NCBI GenBank assembly: GCA_903833215.1
Contig: CAILEM010000125.1
Coordinates: 10,743 to 74,742, forward strand
Reading direction: 5' to 3'
From: an uncultured Armatimonadetes bacterium
GTDB lineage: Bacteria > Armatimonadota > Fimbriimonadia > Fimbriimonadales > Fimbriimonadaceae
DNA length: 64,000 nucleotides
The translations under genes and the position numbers were made by a program. The notes below the pieces were generated by a model. The model searched no databases. It worked only from the letters and a program-made list of their open reading frames with translations, and had not been told where the DNA came from. Shown in pieces: positions 45,113 to 54,226 of this stretch. Numbering within the stretch: the stretch's first letter is position 1; each line of letters opens with the position of its first letter.

Positions 45113-47124
45113 AAAGGTTGCTATCGCTTACATTGGGGTCTTTGTTGATGGGTTCAGCTGTCGCCCAGGTTGAACCGAAGTTGAAGCCCGACCTCTCAAA
45201 TGTCGTCAACTTCAGCAGGAGTAACAAGGCCTACCAGCTGACCCCAAAGCACTTGGCTGCGCTTCAAAAGAATCAGTTCTTCATTTCGCCAACCGACAGC
45301 GAGCAGCTATATCATGTGTATGGAGTCAACGATTACGAGAATTTCCCGTCGCTCGTCACAACCGACAATGTGCTACAGCTCTATCACGTCGTGTTTGACA
45401 GCACGTTGCGGCACCTCGAAGAGCGGCACTTATTTCGTGAGTTAAGAAAGATCGACGACTTGATGCTCAAGCAGGCCAAGGTTCGTTATCGAAAAGTTAC
45501 TGGCACCAACCTCTCAGCGGCTGCCTTGAACAATATTGCCTACTTCGGCGTCGTGGATCGCCTGCTAGGAGGCAATTCCGCGCTACCAGCCGATGCAGCG
45601 GTCAAAGTTGCGAAAGAAGTTGCCCTGATCCAAGGCGCTCGAGGCCCCGGAGACAGCGCCATTTTTCCATATGGCATCGACTACTCGCAGTTCATCGTTC
45701 GAGGACATTATTCTCGGTCACCTTCACTAGGTCGGTACTTCAAGGCTCTCATGTGGTTCGGACTGGTTCCGCTGTCACTTGAGAAGAAGTCTCCGAGCGG
45801 ACGGGTGCCAAACATTGAAGTGACTCGGCAAGCTGCTTTGATGGTTCAGGATCTGTACGATAGCGGGGCCATCACGGCATGGAACCGGATCTATAGCGTT
45901 ACGTCGATGTATGTTGGCAACTCCAACGACATGACCCCAGAACAATGGAGGGCTGCCGCCAAGCCTGTTCTGGGTTGGCCCCAGTCATTTGACAAGCTGA
46001 AAAGCGCTGCCGGGGTCGGTGAGCTTGTTGCAGCAATCAAGAAAGCATCGCATCCACAGATTGTGAACAAGGCTCACAACAGCACCGGGGTTGGAGACGT
46101 GCAGTTTCGCTTTATGGGGCAACGGGCGATCCCAGACAGTGTCGTATTCAATCGTCTGACCGGCGACAAGCGTGAATGGCCGAGTCCGCTCGACGTGGCG
46201 ATTGCTTTTGGTAGCAAACGTGCTGCCGAGATTGTTGATGCAAGCCCCGCAAATTACAATCCCAAGGCCTGGAATGGCTACAAAGAAGAGCGGGGCAAGA
46301 TCGTCTCAGAGATCTCGCGATGGACTTCGGGGCAGTGGAACAGCAATTTATACAACGGGTGTCTCGACTTAATACACCTTAATTTAGGAGTGCCTGACCC
46401 TAGGGCACCAAAGTTTATGCAGAGTGCGGCATGGGCTGACAAGTCAATCTCATCGAGCCTAGCATTCTGGGCTGAAGTGCGCCATGACACGATTCTGTAT
46501 GGCATGCAAACTTCCGCTGAGATGGGGGACGGTGACGATCAGCCTTATGTAAGAGGATATGTCGAGCCGAACGTTCCCTTATATTCCCGACTCATCTCAC
46601 TGCTGCGCCAAACCCAAGAAGGCCTCTCGGGATTCCGGTATTTGAATGATGAGGAGATCAAACAGTTTCATGATTTTCGAGAGCTGCTAGGATTCCTAGT
46701 GTCGGTAAGTAGGCGCGAATTGGCTGGCGGAAAAATCTCGAAGGAAGAGCACGGTCGAATTCGCAGAATCGAAGGAGATTTGTCCACGATCACCGAACGG
46801 ATTCAGTTGACTGGAGAATCCTACAACACTCTGTCTGAAGACGATTTGGATATGGCTCTTGTTGCCGATGTTCACACCGTAAGGGGGCAGGCACTCACCG
46901 TCGCGAGCGGTCATTCAGACGATTTGATGGCGATTGTGCCTATCGAAGGAAAGCTCTATTTGGCGAGAGGCAGTGTTCTCAGTTTCTACGAATTCAAAGT
47001 TCCGATTTCTGAAAGAATGACGGACCACGTTTGGAAGCAGAGGCTAAAGGAGAACAAAGCACCGCCGCGGCCCACTTGGATTTCCTCCTACTTTGTCAAC
47101 AAGTCTTCCCGTGGAAAAGAGTAA
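45109..47124 (+). CDS. DUF3160-like secreted protein of unknown function
   Basis: 671 aa with signal peptide MKRLLSLTLGSLLMGSAVAQ. The N-terminal block FFISPTDSEQLYHVY..NDYENFPSLVTTDNVLQLYH matches my recollection of DUF3160. The assignment is unverified. Confidence 0.5.
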   Translation: MKRLLSLTLGSLLMGSAVAQVEPKLKPDLSNVVNFSRSNKAYQLTPKHLAALQKNQFFISPTDSEQLYHVYGVNDYENFPSLVTTDNVLQLYHVVFDSTLRHLEERHLFRELRKIDDLMLKQAKVRYRKVTGTNLSAAALNNIAYFGVVDRLLGGNSALPADAAVKVAKEVALIQGARGPGDSAIFPYGIDYSQFIVRGHYSRSPSLGRYFKALMWFGLVPLSLEKKSPSGRVPNIEVTRQAALMVQDLYDSGAITAWNRIYSVTSMYVGNSNDMTPEQWRAAAKPVLGWPQSFDKLKSAAGVGELVAAIKKASHPQIVNKAHNSTGVGDVQFRFMGQRAIPDSVVFNRLTGDKREWPSPLDVAIAFGSKRAAEIVDASPANYNPKAWNGYKEERGKIVSEISRWTSGQWNSNLYNGCLDLIHLNLGVPDPRAPKFMQSAAWADKSISSSLAFWAEVRHDTILYGMQTSAEMGDGDDQPYVRGYVEPNVPLYSRLISLLRQTQEGLSGFRYLNDEEIKQFHDFRELLGFLVSVSRRELAGGKISKEEHGRIRRIEGDLSTITERIQLTGESYNTLSEDDLDMALVADVHTVRGQALTVASGHSDDLMAIVPIEGKLYLARGSVLSFYEFKVPISERMTDHVWKQRLKENKAPPRPTWISSYFVNKSSRGKE

Positions 47125-47129
47125 GGGTC

Positions 47130-47999
47130 TTGCTGGCGGTAACGATTGTGGCTCTGTCACTGGGATCGCGGCACGTCCGCCTGGCAGCCGTCGGAGACGT
47201 CATGCTGGCCCGATGGGTGTCTAAGCGCATCGAACGGCAGGGACCGGGTGAAATCTTCGCGGGAGTCGCTTCTGAGCTCCAAAAGGCCGATGTTCTTGTC
47301 GGCAATTTGGAATGTGCCCTCACGCAATGTGCGCCTGTTTCCCACAAGCCAATCCTTCTGAGAGCGGACCCACGTCTGGCGGCAGAGCTCGGTCGCGTTG
47401 GTTTTTCTGCGCTATCGCTCGCGAATAATCACTCTCGTGACTGTGGCCTGATGGGTGTTAAGGAATCGAGGGCAGCCCTGGCCGCCGCCAACATAAAGTC
47501 GGTTGGTCCAGAGCCGACACCCGTGATCATCGAAAAGAACGGCCTGAAGATCGGAATATTGGGATTAGTCGACCTACCCGATGATGCCCTGAGCCCTCGC
47601 GGAGAGTGGCGTCGGGCCATGAGCAAGCTTCGGAAAAAGGTCGATGTCGTTTCAGTGATGATTCACTGGGGAACTGAGGGGAGCGACCAAGAAAGCCCAA
47701 GCCAAAGGCGACTTGCCCAAACCCTAGCCAACCTTGGTGCTGACGTGATCCTCGGATCTCACCCTCATGTTCTCCAACCCGTACGATGGATTAGGGGGCA
47801 GCACCACCGAAGGTGCTTGGTCGCCTATTCGTTGGGCAATTTTGTCTTTGATGCCCGTCCAGGCAATGAACGCAAAACCGAAATTCTCTCAATTGAGCTT
47901 GCTCCGGCCGGAGCGGTTACATTTCAAGTCATGCCGGTGAGGATCGATAAGGGCTTTCCCATCCTCGTGAAGGCGCGAAAAGCCCCTCTGCCAAACTAG
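47130..47999 (+). CDS. CapA family (PGA_cap) metallophosphoesterase-fold protein
   Basis: Track ORF 47031..47999 overlaps the DUF3160 gene by 94 nt. In-frame TTG at 47130 (or 47076) is more plausible. Motifs AAVGDVML, GNLECAL, LSLANNHSRDCG, IHWGTE, GSHPHVLQP, YSLGNFVFD. Confidence 0.8.
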   Translation: MLAVTIVALSLGSRHVRLAAVGDVMLARWVSKRIERQGPGEIFAGVASELQKADVLVGNLECALTQCAPVSHKPILLRADPRLAAELGRVGFSALSLANNHSRDCGLMGVKESRAALAAANIKSVGPEPTPVIIEKNGLKIGILGLVDLPDDALSPRGEWRRAMSKLRKKVDVVSVMIHWGTEGSDQESPSQRRLAQTLANLGADVILGSHPHVLQPVRWIRGQHHRRCLVAYSLGNFVFDARPGNERKTEILSIELAPAGAVTFQVMPVRIDKGFPILVKARKAPLPN

Positions 48000-48031
48000 G
48001 AAGGGATTAGCAGTAGGGGCTTGTCTGTTTT

Positions 48032-48646
48032 TTATCTCTTGTAGCCGATGCCACAGCCGTACGGACGGCTCTTCGAAATAGTGATCGGTTTGCCAGCAAG
48101 TGCCTCGTCAAGGGCAGCCGCAACATAGTTCTTCGACGACGGGATGTCCGACGCATCCGCGGTTGCTTTATCGTCAATTCCACCCATGTATGCGATATGA
48201 CCGCGAGGATCAATCACGAACATCGTCGGCGTGTTTTTGGCCCCGTAGAGATGACCGATCGTTCCAGATGCATCGGCCACGAGTTTCGAACTCAGTTTTT
48301 TTTCTGCCGCGATCTTGTTCAGTTCAGCGCTTGACGCATAGCCATGACCACCTGGAGCCGATGAGAAAATGGTGAGCCACACAACACCCTTTTTCGTGTA
48401 CTTCTTCTGCAGCGATTGCATGTTTCCGCTTTCGTAGTGCTTTTGAACGTAAGGACAGCCGAAGTTGGACCACTCCAGAACAACGTATTTGCCCTTGTAG
48501 TCTTCAAGGCGGACCGATTTGCCCATTGAATCGACAGTGCTAAATGTGGGAGCAGACGCCCCAATTTCGATCTTCCCAGTAGTGCCGTAGGCGAGAGCTG
48601 ATGCCCCAATTACGACGGTTGCCAAAAATAGAGAACCTAGTTTCAT
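48032..48646 (-). CDS. Secreted thioredoxin-fold / redoxin (AhpC-TSA-like) protein
   Basis: 204 aa with signal peptide MKLGSLFLATVVIGASALA. Motif YVVLEWSNFGCPYVQKHY, followed by a redoxin-like beta-alpha pattern. Confidence 0.7.
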   Translation of the reverse strand: MKLGSLFLATVVIGASALAYGTTGKIEIGASAPTFSTVDSMGKSVRLEDYKGKYVVLEWSNFGCPYVQKHYESGNMQSLQKKYTKKGVVWLTIFSSAPGGHGYASSAELNKIAAEKKLSSKLVADASGTIGHLYGAKNTPTMFVIDPRGHIAYMGGIDDKATADASDIPSSKNYVAAALDEALAGKPITISKSRPYGCGIGYKR

Positions 48647-48711
48647 CGTCTTACTCCTCGTGGAATTCTTAGTTGAGAGATTATGATACGATCAGATATT
48701 CAGAGATAAGG

Positions 48712-49494
48712 TTAAGGTTCCGTCACCTGAACATCGATCCAGTGAGCACCCTTCGCATTGCCGGAAGGAACCACTAGGATTCCTGAAACGTGCTTTGGTA
48801 TGCCTGGTGCATATTTAGACAGTGGAATGACGAGATTCATTCCCGACTTTGTATGTTCGAGCGGATGGGGATCGGCACCGAAATACTTTGCGTCCGAAGG
48901 ATAGAACTCAAGGCCTGAGGCTGGGAACAAGTCCGTCTTGAATCTCAGCCTGACCGCATCCTTCTTGGCATATGCTCGGATAAGCGAAGGATTTAGCTTC
49001 GTCGGCAGTGCCTTCTTGGCCGAGTCAAATCTTGGGTTGGGTACTGGATTGTCATTAGTAGCGAGTTCCAAACTGAGTGCGGATTTCTGGGGAACACAGA
49101 CCTCCTGACAGAGAAGCCAAGAAATGTCCGCGCCGATGTGTACTTTTTGGCCGAGTGCTAGATTCGCTGGAGGAGTGATGTCGGTCACTAACCAAGCCTC
49201 ATGCTCATAGACATAGGCTGCAACTCCGCCAAGGACGTTACGCTTCGGCACCGGCCACTGTATTGGGCCTGCTTTGAACCCAGCGGGCAAGTGCCACTTA
49301 ATCGTAGTGGCCTGACCGCTCTCGCCCGGATTGATGTAGTAGGAATGCCATTCGGGTGCCATCGTCATATGCAAAGCAACCTGAAAGGATTTCCCTGCTT
49401 GCACAGTGTTGGTGCTAGCTACCAATTCCGTTTTGGTATGGGGAGCGTTCGACTGGCAGCAAATAAGGAAGAGGACTACGTTGGCGCAAGCCAT
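48712..49494 (-). CDS. DsbD N-terminal (alpha) domain-like thiol:disulfide interchange protein
   Basis: 260 aa. Block WHSYYINPGESGQATTIKWHLPAGFKAGPIQWPVPKR and the cysteine pair in WLLCQEVCVP, typical of DsbD-alpha/DsbC-type modules. Confidence 0.7.
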   Translation of the reverse strand: MACANVVLFLICCQSNAPHTKTELVASTNTVQAGKSFQVALHMTMAPEWHSYYINPGESGQATTIKWHLPAGFKAGPIQWPVPKRNVLGGVAAYVYEHEAWLVTDITPPANLALGQKVHIGADISWLLCQEVCVPQKSALSLELATNDNPVPNPRFDSAKKALPTKLNPSLIRAYAKKDAVRLRFKTDLFPASGLEFYPSDAKYFGADPHPLEHTKSGMNLVIPLSKYAPGIPKHVSGILVVPSGNAKGAHWIDVQVTEP

Positions 49495-49710
49495 GAGAAC
49501 ATTCTACGTGCGAAAAATCGTTTGCGATGCCGGCCGATGAATGGCAAGGTCTACGAATTGCAGGGTTCGTCCCCAAAGCGGGACCTTGAAAAGGGGTAGT
49601 GCCATTCCGTCGTCCCCAAAAACGGTGACCGAGGGTAATTGCGCTTTGGGCGACAAGGCTCCGGATCAAATGCTTTTGGCAATTTTTCGGCTTCACACTT
49701 TGTACGCAAT

Positions 49711-50961
49711 ATGCGCATTCCGATACCGGCTTCGGTGAAGCCCTGGCGAAGGTCAGGGGCCATAACGAGCCAGGAACTTAAGATCCTGGAACTCGGTGCT
49801 TTGGGCTATCCAGATAGTCGAATCTGCCACGAGCTCGGAATATCTCCGGAGATGCTTATCACATCCTGGAAGCGCATCCAGTCCAAAATTGGGGCTCCCA
49901 ATCGTTCCCACGCAGTTAAGCGTTTTGCTGAACGGATGCGGATCGCGAAGCATCATCTCTTGGAGGTTCCTGAAGACGTCCCGAGCGAAGAAACTTTGGA
50001 CTCGAAGTCGGAAGAATCTCGTGAGCACGAAAATAAACTCCTTCTGGGGGCCATTTCGGATGCTTCCATCAGTTCAGTGAACGGGAACCAAACAGTGGCT
50101 CAGCTATATGCAAAGTTGCTCGAGAACCTTCTCGAAATAACTCAATCGCGCTACGGACTCATTGGAGAGGTCCTGCACGAATCAGGCGGTTTTTATGTCG
50201 GAGAGCACGCTCTCAGCTCCTCGGCTTGGGATGACATCGCGAGAGCACGATTCGAAATCGGGGCGAAAGATCGGCTGATGTTTCGAAGCCTCGATGGTCT
50301 GTTTGCTGCGACAGCGATGGGCAGAGAGGTGCTCATCGTAAATGATGCATCCAAGGACGTCCGTAGTGGCTTGACACCGTTGGGACATCCTCCCATTGAT
50401 ACGTTCATTGGTATCCCCATCTACAACGGCGAGGATGTAGTCGGCATTATTGGCTTGGCAAATCGCCCTGGAGGTTACGCTCAGGATTTTGGAGAGTTCC
50501 TCCGACCGATTGTCACCACGATCTCGAACATCACGGTTGCCTGGCAACTCGAATTCCGTCGACGGCAGATTGAACTTGCGCTCGATGAGTCGACATCGAT
50601 GCTTCGAGCAATGATCGAATGTGGTCCCGCCGCGGTGTTATACGAGAATGCAGACCGGAGAATCGAATTCACGAATGATCGATTTGTGACCCTCTTCGGA
50701 ATCGAAGTAACTCCAGATCAACTCGTTGGACTCGATGCTTCGTTGGTAACCAAGCACGCGTCGAGATTCCTGACAGATCCTAAAGCTTTCTGCGAACGAG
50801 CATCAGATTTGATCAGTGGACAGGAATCCTTCTACGGTGAGCTCTTGGAGATGGCCGATGGTCGATTGTTCCGACGCGATTTTGTTGTTGTCCGCTCAGC
50901 ATCTTTCCTTTGCGGCTACTTCTGGCACTACAAAGAAGTGATGACCCCGATCGGCGAATAG
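49711..50961 (+). CDS. LuxR-type HTH regulator with GAF and PAS sensor domains
   Basis: Track ORF starts at 49639; the Met at 49711 is more plausible. N-terminal LuxR/GerE HTH (ITSQELKILELGALGYPDSRICHELGISPEMLITSWKRIQSKIG), a GAF-like block (..IGIPIYNGEDVVGIIGLANR..), then a PAS-like block (MLRAMIECGPAAVLYEN..RIEFTNDRF). Confidence 0.7.
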   Translation: MRIPIPASVKPWRRSGAITSQELKILELGALGYPDSRICHELGISPEMLITSWKRIQSKIGAPNRSHAVKRFAERMRIAKHHLLEVPEDVPSEETLDSKSEESREHENKLLLGAISDASISSVNGNQTVAQLYAKLLENLLEITQSRYGLIGEVLHESGGFYVGEHALSSSAWDDIARARFEIGAKDRLMFRSLDGLFAATAMGREVLIVNDASKDVRSGLTPLGHPPIDTFIGIPIYNGEDVVGIIGLANRPGGYAQDFGEFLRPIVTTISNITVAWQLEFRRRQIELALDESTSMLRAMIECGPAAVLYENADRRIEFTNDRFVTLFGIEVTPDQLVGLDASLVTKHASRFLTDPKAFCERASDLISGQESFYGELLEMADGRLFRRDFVVVRSASFLCGYFWHYKEVMTPIGE

Positions 50962-50976
50962 CTCGAAAGCGATTCC

Positions 50977-53463
50977 TTAATCATCGTCCTCCACTCGGCC
51001 CACTTCTGCGTGAATCTGTCCAGGATAGGGCTTGCCATGGGTGTTGCTTGCCCAAATGATGCGATTGAGCCAGTTTGAGTTCGGGCCATCCGGGCGGCTC
51101 CAATCCAAGCTCATCGTCTTGTCCTGCCAGAACCTCTCCTGAATAGTCATTGCTTGCTTTGAGGGGGCATGCTCGTCTAGCTGGATATTGTTGGGAACGT
51201 GACTGTAGGGAGTTAAATCGGCAGTATCTCGAAAACATGAATCAATCGGTCTTGAGAGCATATCAAACCGATTCATGGGGTCAAGCCCAAGCATCATTTC
51301 GATGCTGCGAATCATATTCGTGGTAGTGTACATGTTCGAGTCGACGGTATGCCGCTTGTTGTAGGGGCTGATTACCATGAACGATGTGCGGTGTCCGTCG
51401 ACGTGATCCAGTCCCGCCTGAGCGTCGTCTTCGATCACGAAGATACACGTGTTCTTCCATTGCGGACTGTGGCTGACCGCATCGATGACTCGCCCTAATG
51501 CGAGGTCATTATCAGCAAGCATCGCCCTGGGAGTGGGCATATCTTGGCTGAGGCCCGCCGTGTGATCAGAAGGCAATCCGAGAATCATCAGGTTAGGAAC
51601 GGTGTCCGATTTGCTGAACTCGGCGTACTCATGTAGGAATTCGTCTGCCCGAGATTGATCACTTTGCACAAGAGGCCAATAGTGTGTTCTGGGGCAGATG
51701 TATGGCTGAAGGCTTGCTACTTGGGCATGGGGAACGAATGTGAATCTGTTCCTGCCACTGGCGCGGTCTTCCCAAGCTTCAAACCAGTTCTTCGGCCTCC
51801 GTGGTTGGAACTCGGCTTTGTCGGTGACACAAAACTCCCCGTAGTCTCGAAAGGTCTTGTGTTTCGCAAGGGCGGCATCCCAGATGCATCCACCGGTAGA
51901 AATCGACATAGCGTCGCTGCCTTCAAATGGGTAGGTTCGGGAGTACCCAACATAGAAATGTTCTAGACAGTCGTTAGCGAGTGACTGCGTCACCCAAGCG
52001 TGACCATCGGCACTGTTCGTTCCGCTGACGTAGGCATTGTCGAAAAGGGTGAAGTTGCGCACGATGGCATGGTGGTTGGGCATGATATTCTGCCCGGCAT
52101 CACACAACCGAATATCGCCGTTGCCTTCCGGCATGTCGCCGAAGATCTCGTCGTAAGTGCGATTCTCCTTGACGATGTACAAAACGTGCTGAATTGCACC
52201 GCGATAGACGGCCAAATTCGGGACCCCCACTGGTTCGTCCCAATGGTTGTTCCCCGCAACATGAGCGGTTTGAGACTTTAGGTCCTTGCTCAAGTCGATG
52301 ACAGAAATGGATCCCTCAAAGTCATGCGAGTTACCGTTGCGTCCGTAAGATGTATTGGCCACGGACCCGTTGCCTTTTGAATTCAACACGACTGCCGTTT
52401 CGCCTTCTATGCAGAGCGCGAGGGGAAAGAATCCTGCAGGGCGGAAACCTCTGATGTGCCGGGTGGCCTTGTCGATCTCGCAGATGGCATTATCACCGCC
52501 GTCACACACGTAAAGCGTGTTGCCAATCAACTGCAGCGCGGATGGCATCGCACCGATAACCCCTAACTTGCCCCATTTGATGGGGATGGTCTTCTCAACT
52601 CTTTGTGCCACCAGGTCGATGATCGAGATGGAATCGCTCATCGTATTCGCGATGTAAGCGGTACTCCCATCAATAGCGATGGATGATGGGTGAATACCTA
52701 CGGGAATATTCTTCGAGGTTCCGCTCGCGATTTCTATGAGGGTGACCGTGCCGGAGCTTGGGGCACCTCGCTTATCCACGACGATGGGCAGGTCCTGACT
52801 CATGGCCGTTGCGTCAGCAGTGGTCGGAATGCGCCCTCCCCAGTTGGATGCGACCAGCGTCTTTTCATCGGCAGTGAGTTTCACATCGAAAGGGAGAGTT
52901 TCCACCGGAAAGCGCCTTGTCGCGTTTTTTGTTGTGAGATCGACTTCGACGATAGCGTTTAGGTTTCCAGCAGCGACAAACAGCGATTTCCCGTCGTGGG
53001 TTACCGCTAATCCACACGGAACGGGGTTGAATTTTTCGCCAGGCCGCGTCAAAACGATCTTCGGACCGGTAGCCAACTTCACGCCGTCAAACCCAAAGGT
53101 CTGGAGATATCCCGATGCGGTTGAAGCGATCAGCGTCATTCCATCTGGTGTCCAGATGAGCCCGTGGGGCCCCGCTGAGGCGCCAAGTTTGATTTCGGAA
53201 TTGGGCACGATACCTGTCGTTCGACAAAGGAAGATTGCGTCTTTCTTCATCACAGCGTAGAAGTGTCCGCTTGGATGGGGAGCCATATCACTGGGCCGAC
53301 CTGAGAATCGGATGGCACCACCATCGATCCGTTGCCCGGTACTTACAAAATAGCCACCATCGGGCTGCAATCCAAGATGGATACGTAACGGTTGAATAAG
53401 CGCGATAAGCGCGACAGGGGCAGCAACGATGATGCCGAGGTAGACCATCCGACGTAGGCGCAT
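50977..53463 (-). CDS. Bifunctional beta-propeller (YncE/YVTN-type) / phosphoesterase (phospholipase C-acid phosphatase family) protein
   Basis: 828 aa. N-terminal anchor, a ~400-aa propeller (repeated ..DG..L.V....I.V.D.. strands), then a phosphoesterase-family half (YIVKENRTYDEIFGD, SADGHAW, LPSDHTAG, EDDAQAGLDHVDGHRT). Confidence 0.75.
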   Translation of the reverse strand: MRLRRMVYLGIIVAAPVALIALIQPLRIHLGLQPDGGYFVSTGQRIDGGAIRFSGRPSDMAPHPSGHFYAVMKKDAIFLCRTTGIVPNSEIKLGASAGPHGLIWTPDGMTLIASTASGYLQTFGFDGVKLATGPKIVLTRPGEKFNPVPCGLAVTHDGKSLFVAAGNLNAIVEVDLTTKNATRRFPVETLPFDVKLTADEKTLVASNWGGRIPTTADATAMSQDLPIVVDKRGAPSSGTVTLIEIASGTSKNIPVGIHPSSIAIDGSTAYIANTMSDSISIIDLVAQRVEKTIPIKWGKLGVIGAMPSALQLIGNTLYVCDGGDNAICEIDKATRHIRGFRPAGFFPLALCIEGETAVVLNSKGNGSVANTSYGRNGNSHDFEGSISVIDLSKDLKSQTAHVAGNNHWDEPVGVPNLAVYRGAIQHVLYIVKENRTYDEIFGDMPEGNGDIRLCDAGQNIMPNHHAIVRNFTLFDNAYVSGTNSADGHAWVTQSLANDCLEHFYVGYSRTYPFEGSDAMSISTGGCIWDAALAKHKTFRDYGEFCVTDKAEFQPRRPKNWFEAWEDRASGRNRFTFVPHAQVASLQPYICPRTHYWPLVQSDQSRADEFLHEYAEFSKSDTVPNLMILGLPSDHTAGLSQDMPTPRAMLADNDLALGRVIDAVSHSPQWKNTCIFVIEDDAQAGLDHVDGHRTSFMVISPYNKRHTVDSNMYTTTNMIRSIEMMLGLDPMNRFDMLSRPIDSCFRDTADLTPYSHVPNNIQLDEHAPSKQAMTIQERFWQDKTMSLDWSRPDGPNSNWLNRIIWASNTHGKPYPGQIHAEVGRVEDDD

Positions 53464-53551
53464 GACGAAGATAGGTTAGCGAATTCGTAGCGCTAACGGG
53501 CGAAATCGACTTAAGAATTCTGGTTAAGTTTTGCGCTGAACGAGGAGCGGA

Positions 53552-54085
53552 TTACGGCATCCAGATTTCGAGCCCCGCTTTCTTTGCCAGCCTGACGATG
53601 TCAAGATGCGTCGGATCTGAGACTCGACCTGGAGACACAAGATAGTGCGTCGTGATGTACTTCAGCGCGGGAACAGACGTCTTGAGTTCCTTAATGAGCC
53701 AAACACAGGCGTCAATCTGTTCTTGAGTATAGGTAACCGTGCCCGTATCAGGACTGACAAGGCATATGCCTATCGAGTACTCATTCACGCTTGTCATCTC
53801 GACAAAATTATGATGAGCGTCCTGCTGGCGAGATGTCCCTCGGGTCGCTTCGTGAGGACCGTAGGAGTTGCCCGCATGAAAAGCGACGGCAGAGTAAGGG
53901 ACACACTTGTGGGGTAATCCCATTGGATCGATGATGTAGTGGTAGCTGAGCCCCTTTTCTTTCAGTTGCTCAACCGTCTGTTGCAAGTCATCGTTACCGC
54001 TTGCATGTAGGACAAGGGTGTCCACGACCGTCGCCCCTCGGCGCGGACGATGTGCCAGCCAAGGCTGAATACACTCGACGCTCAT
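53552..54085 (-). CDS. N-acetylmuramoyl-L-alanine amidase (Amidase_2 / PGRP fold)
   Basis: 177 aa. Motifs LVLHASG, YHYIIDPMG, AFHAG and a C-terminal H..VSPGRVSDP, an AmpD-like Zn amidase pattern. Confidence 0.75.
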   Translation of the reverse strand: MSVECIQPWLAHRPRRGATVVDTLVLHASGNDDLQQTVEQLKEKGLSYHYIIDPMGLPHKCVPYSAVAFHAGNSYGPHEATRGTSRQQDAHHNFVEMTSVNEYSIGICLVSPDTGTVTYTQEQIDACVWLIKELKTSVPALKYITTHYLVSPGRVSDPTHLDIVRLAKKAGLEIWMP

Positions 54086-54226
54086 CTATGATCTCCTTCG
54101 ACCGAATAGCACTTACATTATTCGCTTAAATTGTTAAGTTGGCGCTAGATGTAAGAAGATATTTGTCCGATAAGCTTCGCAGCGTAAGCGGTTGAACCCG
54201 AGCTATCGAGGGAGGGCTGCCAGAAA

